This document shows positions 22,858 to 34,741 of a stretch of DNA of 64,000 nucleotides, in pieces. Position numbers and translations under genes: made by a program. The stretch's first letter is position 1. The number at the start of each line of letters is the position of its first letter. Source of the stretch: Vairimorpha necatrix (Eukaryota); NCBI GenBank assembly GCA_036630325.1, contig CP142726.1:124001-188000 (forward strand). The letters run 5' to 3'. Under the pieces are notes generated by a model, which had not been told where the DNA came from, did not search any database, and saw only the letters and a list, made by a program, of their open reading frames with translations.

Positions 22858-25800
22858 TGTAGGAATATATGTCAATGTCAAATATATAATCAAGTTGATA
22901 TATTTGACATCTGATCTTTTAAATAATTTTATAAAAATAAACCCATGTTTTGTTCCAACAATTTGGCGACAAGCGACAAAAATATTCTTCTCATCTTCAG
23001 AAATGAAGAGAAAGACGACCCACAACAGTTCATAGAGGACTTGATGGAAGTGGGCAGGTTGAATGAGTACAGCGAGGGTAAGCTGTTACTTACATTCAAG
23101 ATGTCTCTTAGGGAAGAAGCAAAAGATTGAATAATGGCCCAACCAGTAGAGCTAGACTTGGGTGAACTAATAGATAGATTCAGGGAGAGATTTGTCAGTA
23201 ATATGATTCTGAAGATTAGTTTGGAAAAGCTTGCAGCATTGAAGTATACAGGTGGATCTATTCTGAACTATCTCGATAGAATGGGTGCCATAGCGAGGAA
23301 AGGAAATGTACCAGAACAAGTCCTGGTAGCGTTTACATTGAATGGTCTGCCGAATAATCTAGCTAACATCGTGCTTATTAACAACAAAGAGGGCCTTGCG
23401 TGGAAATACATCTATGATTCATTAAAGAATATTAAGGATACGAGAGAGACCGAGCGAAACCAGATAGCATCCTCATACGGTCAAGAAGTTAAAGTCGAAG
23501 CAATAAGAAACAAAGTTAATAGTAAAAAATCAAGCTATTCAAAAATTAGATGTTTGATCTGTAGCGAGCAAGGACATGTGGTCTCTCAATGTCGTTTTAA
23601 CAGTTTAAGGAAAAGCTCTAAGGTGAAAAAACAAGTTAGAGAGGTTAGTATACCACAAGGGAATGATGAGATAGATGTGGAAGAAGAAGACTTGAATAAA
23701 TTTATTTTTAATTATAGGTTATTAAATAGCAGAAGTAATCGATCCACTGTTAAGTTGGCTACACTTGAGAACAGTAAACGACCGTTTAAGGTATTATTAG
23801 ATACAGGTGCAGAAGTTAATTTGATTAGGCCGGAACACCTTGAAGACAAAACAAGATTGACTAGAGATAATCTTCAATTACAGGCGGCCAACGGGTCACA
23901 GATAAGAATCATAGGGAAAACGATGCTGAAAATAAAAATAGAAGGATACATATTTGAAGACGAATTTATTGTAACACGGGACATCACCATGCCGTGCATA
24001 GTAGGATGGACATTATTGGACAAATATGAAGTTGACCTAAGATTTGGAAATGGAAAGGTCAACATGGAGTCGGGACAAATCCTTAAAGGAAATGCAATTG
24101 GATATCATAGGATTAACACGGGAGATAGTGAGCCAGTCATGGCTCAGCTATATAAATTAGGCGGAACGAAAGAAAAGGAGGCATCTAAAATAATAAAAGA
24201 ATACCTTGAGCTGGGGGTGATACGGCCAAGTGAGAGTGCTTGGCGAAGTCCAGTGATTGTAGTACCAAAAAAAAGATGGAGGATATAGATTGTGTATAGA
24301 TTACAGGCGGCTTAATGATATTACGATTAAGGATGCATACCCCATGCCTAGAGTGGATGAGTTTATTGATGCACTAGAGGGTGCAAGTTATTTTACTAAG
24401 ATGGATGCAGAATCGGGATATCACCAGATCAATATGCCTCCAAAGGATATTGAGAAGACTGCCTTTGCATGCAGAGAAGGACTTTTTGAATTTGTAAAGA
24501 TGCCTTTCGGCCTAGTAAACGGGCCAGCCACATTTCAGAGAGCAATGAATAACATACTGAGAGAGTTTTTATACAAATTTGTGGTTGTTTATTTGGATGA
24601 TATCTTGGTCTATAGTAGAACGTTCGAGGAACATCAAGCGCATGTTAGGCTGGTTATGGAGAAGTTGGTAAATGCTGGAGTAAAGCTGAATGAGAAAAAG
24701 TGTGAATTTAATAAGAAAGAACTTAAAATCTTGGGGCATGTGATCTCGAAGGAAGGAGTTAGGATCGACACAGAAAGGATAAAGAGTATTGAGGAATTGC
24801 CGATTCCAAAAAACAAAAAGAAATTGCAATCATTGTTGGGGCTATATAATTACATTTCGAAATTTATAAAAGACAGTCATAAGATAGTAAGCCCATTGTA
24901 TAGGATCATTAAGTTGAAAAAGGAAGAGGAAATCAAATTTTGGAAAAGGGCATCAGAAAACAGGCAGTTTATCGAAGCCATAGAAGCGTTAAAGGCAGCT
25001 GTGAATAAAGCGACATTATTGACTATCCCAAATACGAGAGATAAATTCATTTTGACGACGGACGCGTCAAATGAAGGAAGTGGAGCCATGCTATCCCAGG
25101 TAATAGAAGGAGAGGAAAAAATGGTAGCATACTTTAGTTCTTTGCACACGAAAGCGGAAAAAAATTATTCTACAACAGAACAGGAGCTGTTGGCGGTAGT
25201 CAAAGCATTTCAACACTTCAGAGAATATCTACTGTTGGGAAAGTTTACCTTAAGAACGGACCATCAGGCTTTAAAGTATCTTTTTAAGTCAAGGAATATT
25301 AAGGCAAGGTTAGCGAGATGGTCGCTCCTCCTTCAGGAATATGATTTTGAAATTGAGTATATTGCGGGACCCTCAAACTATGTAGACCATTTAAGTAGAG
25401 ACTTTAAAATAGAGATGAAGAAAATTGAAACAGTAAGCACTGCTGAAGAAAGGAAAGTTATAAACAGGGAAAGGGGACTTGAACTGGTCAGATTTTACCA
25501 CGATATGTTGGGCCATGGCTCAAAGAAAAATATGAAATATAACATGAGACGTAAATATGAATGGAAGGAAATTAACAAAGATATAGATCAGTTTGTAGAG
25601 AACTGCGAAATCTGCCAACAGGAAAGAGAACAAAAACAATTCAAAGATATTGTACCATTGGTGGCAAACAACATTGGTGAGATTTGGGAAATTGACATAG
25701 TAGGACCATTCAAGGAGAGTGAGGACGGGTACAGGTATCTACTGACAATGGTAGATCATTTCTCAAAAACGGGGGAGATTATCCCGATCCATACAAAAGA

Positions 25801-26567
25801 CATGAACACAATAGTGCATTTAGTGGACAGATACATCATAAAGAAATATGGAATTCCGAAGGCAATTTTAACAGATAATGGACGAGAGTTTAAAAATCGA
25901 ATCTGTGAGGATTATGCAAAAGAGAAACAGTTTACTTGGAAATACGGATCACCATACAGTCCGACCACCACAGGATTAATAGAGAGATTTAACAGAACAA
26001 TAGGAATTAAACTGAGGAAGCTCACGGAATTTGGCAAGTTCGATTGGGCCAAATGTGCAAAAAAAGTAAATAAAGCCTATATGCAGTCCTATCACCGTGC
26101 CATAGGCTGTGCGCCCATAGAATTGCACCAAGGATTAGTTCTTAATCATATGGATCTGCAGGAGGGAATTAATATTAGAATGGATAGAACAGACTTTAGG
26201 ACTAGAGCGAAGGAGAATTTAGAACGATACAGAGGGGAGTATGCAACACATGAGAAAACGGGTGCGCCCCAATTGGAAGAAATAAAGGTAGGTGACAGGG
26301 TATGGTACAGACTAATTTTGCCCCAAGGAGGGAAACTGGAACCAAAATGGCAAGATAAAGGAACGGTCTTGGATAAAAGGTTTAAATCGTATAGTGTTTT
26401 ACTTGACGACGGAAGAACGATTACAGCGAATCGAAATCATGTAAAACTTTTAAAGGGGAAGTAGTGTAGGAATATATGTCAATGTCAAATATATAATCAA
26501 GTTGATATATTTGACATCTGATCTTTTAAATAATTTTATAAAAATAAACCCATGTTTTGTTCCAACA
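22858..26567 (+). mobile_element. Ty3/gypsy LTR retrotransposon, full length, 3710 bp
   Basis: Identical 103-bp LTRs 22858-22960 and 26465-26567 (TG..CA); TSD AAAGT; PBS-like TGGCGAC after the 5' LTR; PPT AAAGGGGAAGTAG. Confidence 0.97.
22945..26464 (+). pseudogene. gag-pol polyprotein (CCHC, PR, RT, RNase H, IN) with one stop and one frameshift
   Basis: CLICSEQGHVVSQC, LLDTGA, YLDD, TDAS, HHCC plus DDE integrase; TGA at 23128-23130 (AKD*IMAQ); A8 instead of A7 near 24266-24273 breaks VPKKDGGYRLC. Confidence 0.92.
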
Positions 26568-27533
26568 AAAGTAATTAGTTTTTTCTCTTTTTATCGTATA
26601 AAATTGTTATACAAATTTAAAAAAAGATACACAGGCACATAGTACAGGGCATCATACGAAAGACGATCTGAAAAAAGAATAAGAAAAATATCTAAAAATT
26701 CACATACGCGCCGAAACAAGCTTATTATTCTTGTCTACAAGAAAAAAAACATGGCCATCAATATTTGAAGTTATTATGATCACCAATACTAGTATACTAT
26801 GGTAGAAAATATAAAGATTAAAGAAAAATCATATAAAATTTCTGTTTTTAATGTATAAAACAATAAACCCGTGTTATTAAACGAGATGATCTTGCGATCA
26901 AACATTTCAGAAAGTATATTTAGAATTTAAAATCCCATTTATTGTGAAAAAAGACTTTAGAATGTATTCTTTTGATCAAAGAAAAATGGAAGAATGGCCA
27001 GATAGAGCTCGAATCACTAAATGTAAAATTAGATGTAAAGAAGAGATGCATGCATGAGGCTGATAGATTTTTAGTTACGAAAATACTATATTCAATATCT
27101 AAACCCCGTATTATGCTAACTTTCATAAGTATACAAAATAATGTGTGCTTATAATATGAAGAATATTGTTACAAACCATTGTTTTATTATATTAAAAAAT
27201 ATCAAACATACAGATCCATAGAAGATACATTAAAAAGTATTTGCGCTATTATATTATTCTTTGTTTATTTTTTTGATGTAAAATAAGAATAATTATGATA
27301 AATTAAAAAATTTTTATCAAGTTAGGGATTCGAATGCGATTTGTTTCTAACTATCTTCTATTATATTGAAAACATTACTATTTAATTAAGAATTAAGTTA
27401 GGAATAATAAAAATCGAATATATATGTCTTTTTTTTCGGTGCGATCAGAAGTTGTGGTATCTTCGTTGAGTTAATAAGATTTAGACGATTATTTTATATT
27501 TATTACAAAATAAAAATTTTAAGACCCATTAAA

Positions 27534-28541
27534 ATGAGTTTAAAATTTCTCCCATTCCAACTGCTAAAAGAAATTATTACTAAAATGATAACTGGAAAAT
27601 ACATAAACGTTGGTTCTACGAAACTTCTATACATATATCATTATGATAGCTGCTTTTTTGTTGATTGGCTTTTATATTATAATAAACAACGATTTAATAC
27701 TGTTTTTGTTATCAAAAAACGAATTATAGATGACAAAGATGAAGATATAAAGTTTTTTGATTTTTCCGAAAGAATATTTTTTTGCATTTATAATATAAAT
27801 ATTAGAAATAACGCTGGTTTAGAACATAAATACATTTTAGATATGTATTATTTGGATATTCATCAGACATATAAAAATATTAACAGATATAACTCGAAAC
27901 AAACAAAAAAAATTTATAGGTATATAATTTATTCAAGACCTTTTTATATCATCTGGTCTACAAATTTTTCTTTAGAAGATAGTTTGCAAGTTTATGGCTC
28001 TTTATGCGAAATATTCAAACAGATACAAAAAGAAAATTTGTGTTGTGAATCCGAAGTTCCTTTATGCAGGTTTCCTATTCATTATAAGTGGTGCGAAAAT
28101 AGGGTACGAAAATTTAATAAATATACAAATACGAATAAGAGACATCTCTATTTATATAAACTGATTTACAATATGCAGAACGTACTATTCTCAAAAAGTA
28201 CAAATAATTATTACAACAATAAGAATATGAACCCGTATGTAATTAATTTTAAAACAATTAATGATAGAGATCTTTTTTTAAATTTCTCGATTTATGATAA
28301 TTGTCGAAATTATCATCATTATGCTTTTAATATGTATTATTGTTTTAATCAGCATATTAACATTCGGTTTAATCATCAGCTTAATCATCATTTAGACCAA
28401 CAGTTAAATCATCCTTTAAACCACCCTGTTAACCGCCGAATTTATAATTCTACAAATCATCAGTTAAATCATTATTTAGCCACAATTTTGATGATCCTTC
28501 TACTATCAATATTTATCCTTGTAATATTCCCGTTATTTTGA
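27534..28541 (+). CDS. Divergent member of the Cys-rich membrane-anchored family, with NH(Q/P/H)L repeats
   Basis: CFF, STNFS, ENLCCES, YKWCE, KNMNP align with the 31379 and 46835 proteins; C-terminal TM; CCC before ATG. Confidence 0.8.
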   Translation: MSLKFLPFQLLKEIITKMITGKYINVGSTKLLYIYHYDSCFFVDWLLYYNKQRFNTVFVIKKRIIDDKDEDIKFFDFSERIFFCIYNINIRNNAGLEHKYILDMYYLDIHQTYKNINRYNSKQTKKIYRYIIYSRPFYIIWSTNFSLEDSLQVYGSLCEIFKQIQKENLCCESEVPLCRFPIHYKWCENRVRKFNKYTNTNKRHLYLYKLIYNMQNVLFSKSTNNYYNNKNMNPYVINFKTINDRDLFLNFSIYDNCRNYHHYAFNMYYCFNQHINIRFNHQLNHHLDQQLNHPLNHPVNRRIYNSTNHQLNHYLATILMILLLSIFILVIFPLF

Positions 28542-29785
28542 TTTTTGTAATTGTTTTTACACTTTAAGAGCACAAAAATATCGATATTTGTAATATAGAC
28601 TCTAACTGCGTTTTTGTAAACAAATCCTGTGTAGTCACACAAAAATTTTGTATTTCAAATTTTTATTATAGACTCGAAATACATTTCAGTTCAATATTGA
28701 TAAACGTAAAATTAAAAGTATATTAACAGTATTTTTTTTAATATTTATTATATTCATATATATTTTTTTCATGAATGAAAAGTTAAGGAAATTGATATTG
28801 CAATTTTTTTTTGAATATGTAATTATTGTTACTACGAAATAATCAGATTCAAACTAACTGGTATCTGAAAATCAACATACTTTTTACCCTTATTTTTATA
28901 GGTTTGAATTAAGTAAAGCCGAGATTAAATTTTAATCCGTATCTGGAAAGAATAATTAAATATAATTTTTTTTAAATGTTTTGTAAAACACTGAAAGTAA
29001 GTATAGTTCATTTAAAAAGCTTCAAATGTTCTTTAAACCACAATATGTAAAAAAATAGAAAAACTACATTTAGTGTGTCCAAAACCTCTAGTATAATGAT
29101 TTATTAAGATAAAACAACCTCTTAATGCTGTTTTTTTTTTGTTTTTTATATTATAATTTCGCATATCAGACAGTTACTTTAGCATTTCAAAAAAAAACTA
29201 AGAAAAAAGTTAATAAATTATAAGTATTTACTATAGAAAAAAAACGCTAAAATATTTGCCGTAAAGTTTCTGAAAGCAAAAAAGATAGAAAAATAATATA
29301 ATGTACAGATCTTTTTAAGTTTGTGACACAGAAACTGTTGAAAAAACAATAGAATGAAAATGTATAATACTATACCTGAAAAAAAAATTAATATAAGACA
29401 TAAAAATAAAATTTGCTAAAAAAATGCTGTCCTTTGTGCAGGTGTATGAAAATGCCAGATCGAGAATAATATAGCTGTATCCATAAATTAGTTATCATTT
29501 ATAATATTTTTGGACCCGCAAGTTTATTTTATACAAATTTTATAATAGGAGCTATGTCAGAAATACAAGAAATTACCGACTACATGCAAAACACCACACA
29601 TATAATTCAAATAAAAAAGTTTTTTTTTTTGCAAATAAAAAATAGAATAGCCGATTATTACTGTAAATAAAATTATAAAAAATAATCTTTAATAAAACTA
29701 TTTTGAAGTTTGTAATTTAATCACGTTGAAATTAATTTAAAAAAGTTTAACTATTTTCAAACATCCTATGTTAAAGTAGTATGTA

Positions 29786-30566
29786 AAACCCTTGGCGCAT
29801 TGGTAGAAGACAGGGTTTAAATTGAGCATGGCTGTGTCCGAAGCCCATACACAAAATAATTCTAAATTCTATGATGCAGTTGGAACAACTCTGAAATAAA
29901 AATGTTTAGGATAATCATATAGTCGTATCAATGATACTTATGTGTGTACAGCCACAAGGGGATTAGCATCAAGTGTATAAACGCACATCGAGGCCGAAAA
30001 ACAGTGTCTTCTTCGTAAGGACTTATTGATATATATAAGTGTTTGATGAAAATGGCCTAGTTGAAGCCCACGGCTGGTGCACTCCAGGGTAAGATCTTAG
30101 AGCTAACTAAGAGACTAGACGAAGTAGGGCAATATAAGGTCTCGTGGACCCTATCCTACAAGATTCTGTAACACGGTGGCCGAAACTAGTGGGAGCTGGT
30201 GGTCAACGCAGCCCAATAAAAACGCCGGGCTGGTGATGTGGCCGTGTAAGGAGCCGTGTGTACAATCAGATAATTTTAGGGATCTTTGAGTCAGTACGAT
30301 GATGTCTCTCCTCGGGCTATAGATAACCATGCCCGTTAAGTATATTCGCTGTGAGGTTACTCTGGACGCGATTTGAGGTATAAATGGAATGTGTTCTCCT
30401 GGAGCCAAAGTCCAATGGATACGGCGGAGCTTGCTGCGCCGGCAAGTTGTATGGAGGGAGTTTTAGTGAGTAAGAATCTCACAGTACAGTTAGATGAGGA
30501 TCACAGCCAAATCCCTCTGGTCCCTATGTAAGGTTTCTCCCTACCTCTTACTTGCAAGAAAAAAAA
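29786..30566 (+). mobile_element. tRNA-headed SINE-like/structured ncRNA element, copy 1 (head decayed)
   Basis: Colinear over ~775 bp with the reverse complement of 51082..51857; A-box TGGCGCATTGG retained, B-box degenerate; ends in an A-run. Confidence 0.85.
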
Positions 30567-30595
30567 CTTAAAATATATTTACTATTTTATTTGTT

Positions 30596-30929
30596 TCACA
30601 AGAAAATCTACAGCAAGTATAAAACGATAAGTTAAGAAAGTATGATGCCCTTGCAAACGAACTGGGCTTAATATATAATTTTAAAACTGAAATAATTCCT
30701 TACTCATCACTTAGGATGGCTAAGTGACTAAGTTTTACAAATCTTATACCACAAGAGTCCAAATCCTTAAGAAGGTAGAAGCGTACATCCAGATTATCCC
30801 AGCTCCGAAGACGCTAGAAAGCACTCTCTAGACTACCGAAGGAAAGGAGATGAAGCTGGAAGCTATCTACAAGCAGGAGACGCTAACGCGGAACCTTTTG
30901 TTGTTAAATTAGAATATAAACTACACTAA
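30596..30929 (+). pseudogene. 3' fragment of an RLE-type (R2/R4-like) non-LTR retrotransposon
   Basis: SQENLQQV*NDKLRKYDALANELGLIYNFKTEIIPY...VTKFYK...VEAYIQ...KTLES is the K..KY..L restriction-like endonuclease end; AATAAA follows. Confidence 0.8.
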
Positions 30930-30970
30930 GCATGTCGTAATAAAATTATTCCCTTAAATTTTTTAATTCA

Positions 30971-31133
30971 TGAAATCTTGGCCCTTGTCCTGGTCTAGGC
31001 CTATCTTGATTACTCTCTATTTTTCTCATTTCTTTAAAAAGTTTTTTAAAATATTTTTTGATTAGAACTGATTGTTAATTTTTGATAAAAATTTAAATAT
31101 CAAACATTTTAATCATAGCATCAGGCTATGACA
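30971..31133 (-). repeat. ~165-bp dispersed repeat, inverted copy of 37907..38079
   Basis: ATCTTGGCCCTTGTCCTGGTCTAGGCCTATCTTGA...CATCAGGCTATGACA; TG..CA ends. Confidence 0.85.
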
Positions 31134-31378
31134 CTTTAAATGCAAATATAAAAAAGGGACATTAATGGTGCACATTTTTTTTGGGCAAATTCTAAGTTTA
31201 GAATTTTTATCATTTACACAGTCAACAGACTGAAAAAGCAGTGTTTTAGTATCTAAGTCCTCATTGTTTCAGATAAAATATATATCTATGAACTTATATA
31301 CGACTTTGTTATTAAATTATTTTATTATTTGTTTAGTATCATAAAAAAAATCTTTTTTACCCCCAATCACAAAAAAAA

Positions 31379-32563
31379 ATGGTATCAAACTTTCTTTTCT
31401 TTCATATTTTATCAATACTGGCAATTAAATTGAAATCTAGTAAAAGAGATCGTCTATTAATTAACAATCCACTTTTCTCAGAATCAGAAAATACTTGCTT
31501 TTTATTTGATGACTTACTAGACACAGACAAACTACCACAAAAGACTGCTTTTGTTATGGGAGAATCTATTTGGAAAAATATAGTAAGTAATCCAAAGTTC
31601 AACGATATTTTAAAAAAAGATAATATAACGATGGTTTTTGAAAAAAATAAAAAATTGTATGAAGTTTCATATTTTCATATATTGAGGTGGAATTATTTGA
31701 TTAATTTCTATCTAGATATAAGTTCAAAAACAGTTGATGTGACAAAGTTGGGGTTTGATTTTAGTTGTAAAATCTATTACATGACTTTTGATATTTTGAG
31801 ATCATTGAACTTTTGTTATAAAGATAGAATGCTAAATTCGAAAATCCGCGAAGAAGAATTACAAAAGATACTCGATGAAAATTTATGTTTTAAATCTAAC
31901 GGTATGAACAATTGGCCATCTGTCTATTTTAAATGCTGTGAAGGGATTGTGTTGAATATAGATAAATGTATTGAGCAAGATAAGAGATTTTATTATATTG
32001 AAAAGCTTAAAACTAATCAAAAGAATATACTATGTTCTGAGTGTAGCAGTGATTTTTACGACTTTAAAAACATAACCCCGAATGTTTCTGATCTAAATAA
32101 CACTAATGATAATGCGGAAATTTATTGGGACGGCGAAAGCTTAAAAAATTTCTGTAGACCAACTACGTCTTTCAGTACTACGAGAAATATGACTTACAAT
32201 TACATAAATGAAATTTCTAATAATACTGGCTTTGATTATACTAGCCTCCTTAGTACTTTTTCTAACGAGACTCAAATGAATGATAAAGACAATTCTATAA
32301 TTTCTACCACTTCTGATAGGAATGGCACATATTATGATTTATATACCAGTAGTGCAAATAATGCTTATATAATTATTTTATGTATGATTTTCTTGCCGCT
32401 TATCCTTATTGGGTCGTTTTACTGCTTTTATAGATATAGAAAATATAGTATAAAAAAGGCGATCAAAAAATCCAATAGTGTTTTTTATGAACCAGTGCAA
32501 GCAGAGGAAAACATAAACGATGACAAAGATGCATATTTGTATGAAATTGAAAAAATATATTAA
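31379..32563 (+). CDS. Type I membrane protein (signal peptide, Cys-rich ectodomain, N/S/T stalk, TM, short tail)
   Basis: Strong similarity to 46835..48082 (TFDILRSLNFCYK, ENLCFKSNG, CEGIVLNIDKCI, NQKNILCSEC). Confidence 0.9.
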   Translation: MVSNFLFFHILSILAIKLKSSKRDRLLINNPLFSESENTCFLFDDLLDTDKLPQKTAFVMGESIWKNIVSNPKFNDILKKDNITMVFEKNKKLYEVSYFHILRWNYLINFYLDISSKTVDVTKLGFDFSCKIYYMTFDILRSLNFCYKDRMLNSKIREEELQKILDENLCFKSNGMNNWPSVYFKCCEGIVLNIDKCIEQDKRFYYIEKLKTNQKNILCSECSSDFYDFKNITPNVSDLNNTNDNAEIYWDGESLKNFCRPTTSFSTTRNMTYNYINEISNNTGFDYTSLLSTFSNETQMNDKDNSIISTTSDRNGTYYDLYTSSANNAYIIILCMIFLPLILIGSFYCFYRYRKYSIKKAIKKSNSVFYEPVQAEENINDDKDAYLYEIEKIY

Positions 32564-32755
32564 AAAGCGTGTTTTATTTACTATCTTATTATGTAGCAAT
32601 AAAATAGCATGATTCTGTTTATATAATTTTTAATAATTTATTTTTTTTTTGCAAGCCCTTTTTGTACTATTAATTATAAATGTAGTGTTTTTTTCATTTG
32701 TATATGGCTGTTGACTAGATACGATCATAATTTTTCATTAAATTTAGAAAAAAAA

Positions 32756-33373
32756 GGTATATGACCGTTTGGAACCCGCTTTGAAAATTTTAATGACCCC
32801 CTTATTCAAACAATGACAAAATTGGCAAAACTAATGTTTGTTGAGGCAGATGAGCTTTTTAGTGATGAAATAGATTTAATAAAAATTAATGAAAGGTTTA
32901 TTTTGAAAACATTTGATGCTGAATCGGCGTGTGCTTTGCTCGGTTCTATAACTTAGAAATACAATTATTTTCCTGAGGTAATACAAGATAATGTATAACC
33001 TGTTTCTATTATGATCACTAATCAAAGGGTAGCATATGAGGACACATGCGACAATCAAAGGGATGGAGCACAGGACTGTGAATCATTCCAATAATACAGT
33101 AGCCCCCAGGGATTCTGAGACACAATATAAAATAATTTAGTTGGTTTTGGCTCATTTTAAATTGAAAGGTTCGATCTAGACATGGAATAAACCAGGACAA
33201 ACTTTATGAGTACCTTTTAAAAAATCCTCTGGGCTTTCCAAATCCCCCAAAATCTACGGATTAATCGTCTCTTTCATTATTAAAAATAAATTGTTAAGTC
33301 TCTTTTTTATATTTTTTTTTATTTTCCCTTTCTTTTTAAAATTTTAGAAGCGGGTTCCAAACGGTCATGTAAT
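32756..33373 (-). mobile_element. Non-autonomous DNA transposon, probably internally deleted Merlin-like
   Basis: TIR ATGACCGTTTGGAACCCGCTT (32761) / AAGCGGGTTCCAAACGGTCAT (ends 33368), extending imperfectly; internal CRMC zinc-ribbon-like remnant. Confidence 0.8.
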
Positions 33374-33724
33374 AAAATAAAAGGTCTTTATATGTTTTAC
33401 TAATAATACTCTAGCTCCCCTGCAAATTAAAAATTCATTGTGCCCCTATTTTCTAAAGTTGAAGCGTCGAGAACGGAAAGAAAAAAAATTTTTTACATAA
33501 GGCAATAATGATATTATTTAGAAACATGATTATAAAATATGCAATAAATTCTTTTAATGATTTATTTTTATAAAAATATGCGTTTAAAGAAGTTTAAATT
33601 TATAATAATATTTGTATGTTTTCTCTACTATTTTGTCATTACAATTATTTTTTGTTACTTTTAAATATGTTTTCAATCATTTAGTTTTTTAAAACAAATT
33701 TTGGGTATGGTTATTATTATTTTG

Positions 33725-34741
33725 GGCTAAATTAACCTTTAGTACACAATTTTCGATATAGGGATTTTTTTGTTTTTTTTGCCCCTTTTTTTCAAAAATG
33801 GAAGAAAGAATTTGGACAAGAGATGAACTGAAGCGATGTATAATGAATTATCAATAAAAAGACAACCTACTGTTTGTGATAATTGTACATCTAGGATTCG
33901 AGTACAACGTAAAGGGAAAGGCTTATTTATATTTACTTGGAAGGATTGCAAAAAGTCATTTTCTATATGGAAAGATTCTTTCTTTATAAGTTCTCACCTT
34001 AATCATATAACAATATTACAAATACTTAATCTGTGGATTCTTGGTTATCCACGTAAATATATTTGTCAAATGTTAGGTTGTACCAAAAAGTCTGTGTCCT
34101 TTATATTAACAAAATTAAAAGAAATAACCATTTATGACAAATATTTATCTTCTTTTAGTAAGATAGGCGGGGAAGATGTTGTTGTAGAAATTGATGAAAC
34201 TAAAATAGGAAAGAATAAACATAACAGAGGAAAATTAGTGAAGGGATTTTGGTGTTTCGGTATTATAGAACGTACCATCAAACGTAGAATTTTAGTGTTA
34301 TATATTAAAAAAAGAGATAAAGAAACTCTTACGGGTCATTTATTAAAATTTGTAAGTACAAAAAGTACTATACATAGTGATATGTGGAAGGCTTATCATT
34401 CTTTAAGGACCATATTTAAAAAACACCATATGGTTAACCACTCGTTGCACTTTCGAGATCCCAATACTGGTGTTCATACCAATACCATCGAAGGTAATTG
34501 GCGTCCCCTCAAAAATGCTATTTTTAATAGAAATAGGTCATCATGCAGTGCCAAGCTTTATTTATTTATTTAGGTACATGATTCAAAGAAATTCTTCTAG
34601 TTCTGTGTTTGAAGCATTAATAAATTTATTGTTTTAATTTTTATTTTTGTTTCTTCCTCCACATTTTCTTTCTTCCATTTTTGAAAAAAAGGGGCAAAAA
34701 AACCCTATATCGAAAATTGTGTGCTAAAGGTTACTTTAGCC
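33725..34741 (+). mobile_element. Merlin (IS1595/IS1016-like) DNA transposon
   Basis: ~80-bp TIRs starting GGCTAAA.TAACCTTTAG; exact 8-bp TSD TTATTTTG at 33717-33724 and 34742-34749. Confidence 0.95.
33798..34637 (+). pseudogene. Merlin DDE transposase, frameshifted near both ends (main ORF 33836..34573)
   Basis: VEIDETK, IHSDMWKAY, VNHS, HTNTIEGNW motifs; removing one ATTT near 34565 restores LYLFRYMIQRN..LLF*; CCC-associated ATG at 33798 is out of frame. Confidence 0.88.

Noticed and set aside
30090-30330. Hammerhead, HDV ribozyme, RNase P/MRP or telomerase template in the element body
   Set aside because: Only partial motif resemblances (CTAAGAG..GAAG, GGGCAA); required cores could not be assembled by eye
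30151-30408. 85-aa ORF (and 51640..51891) inside the tRNA-headed element
   Set aside because: Antisense to the element, non-ATG starts, not conserved between the two copies
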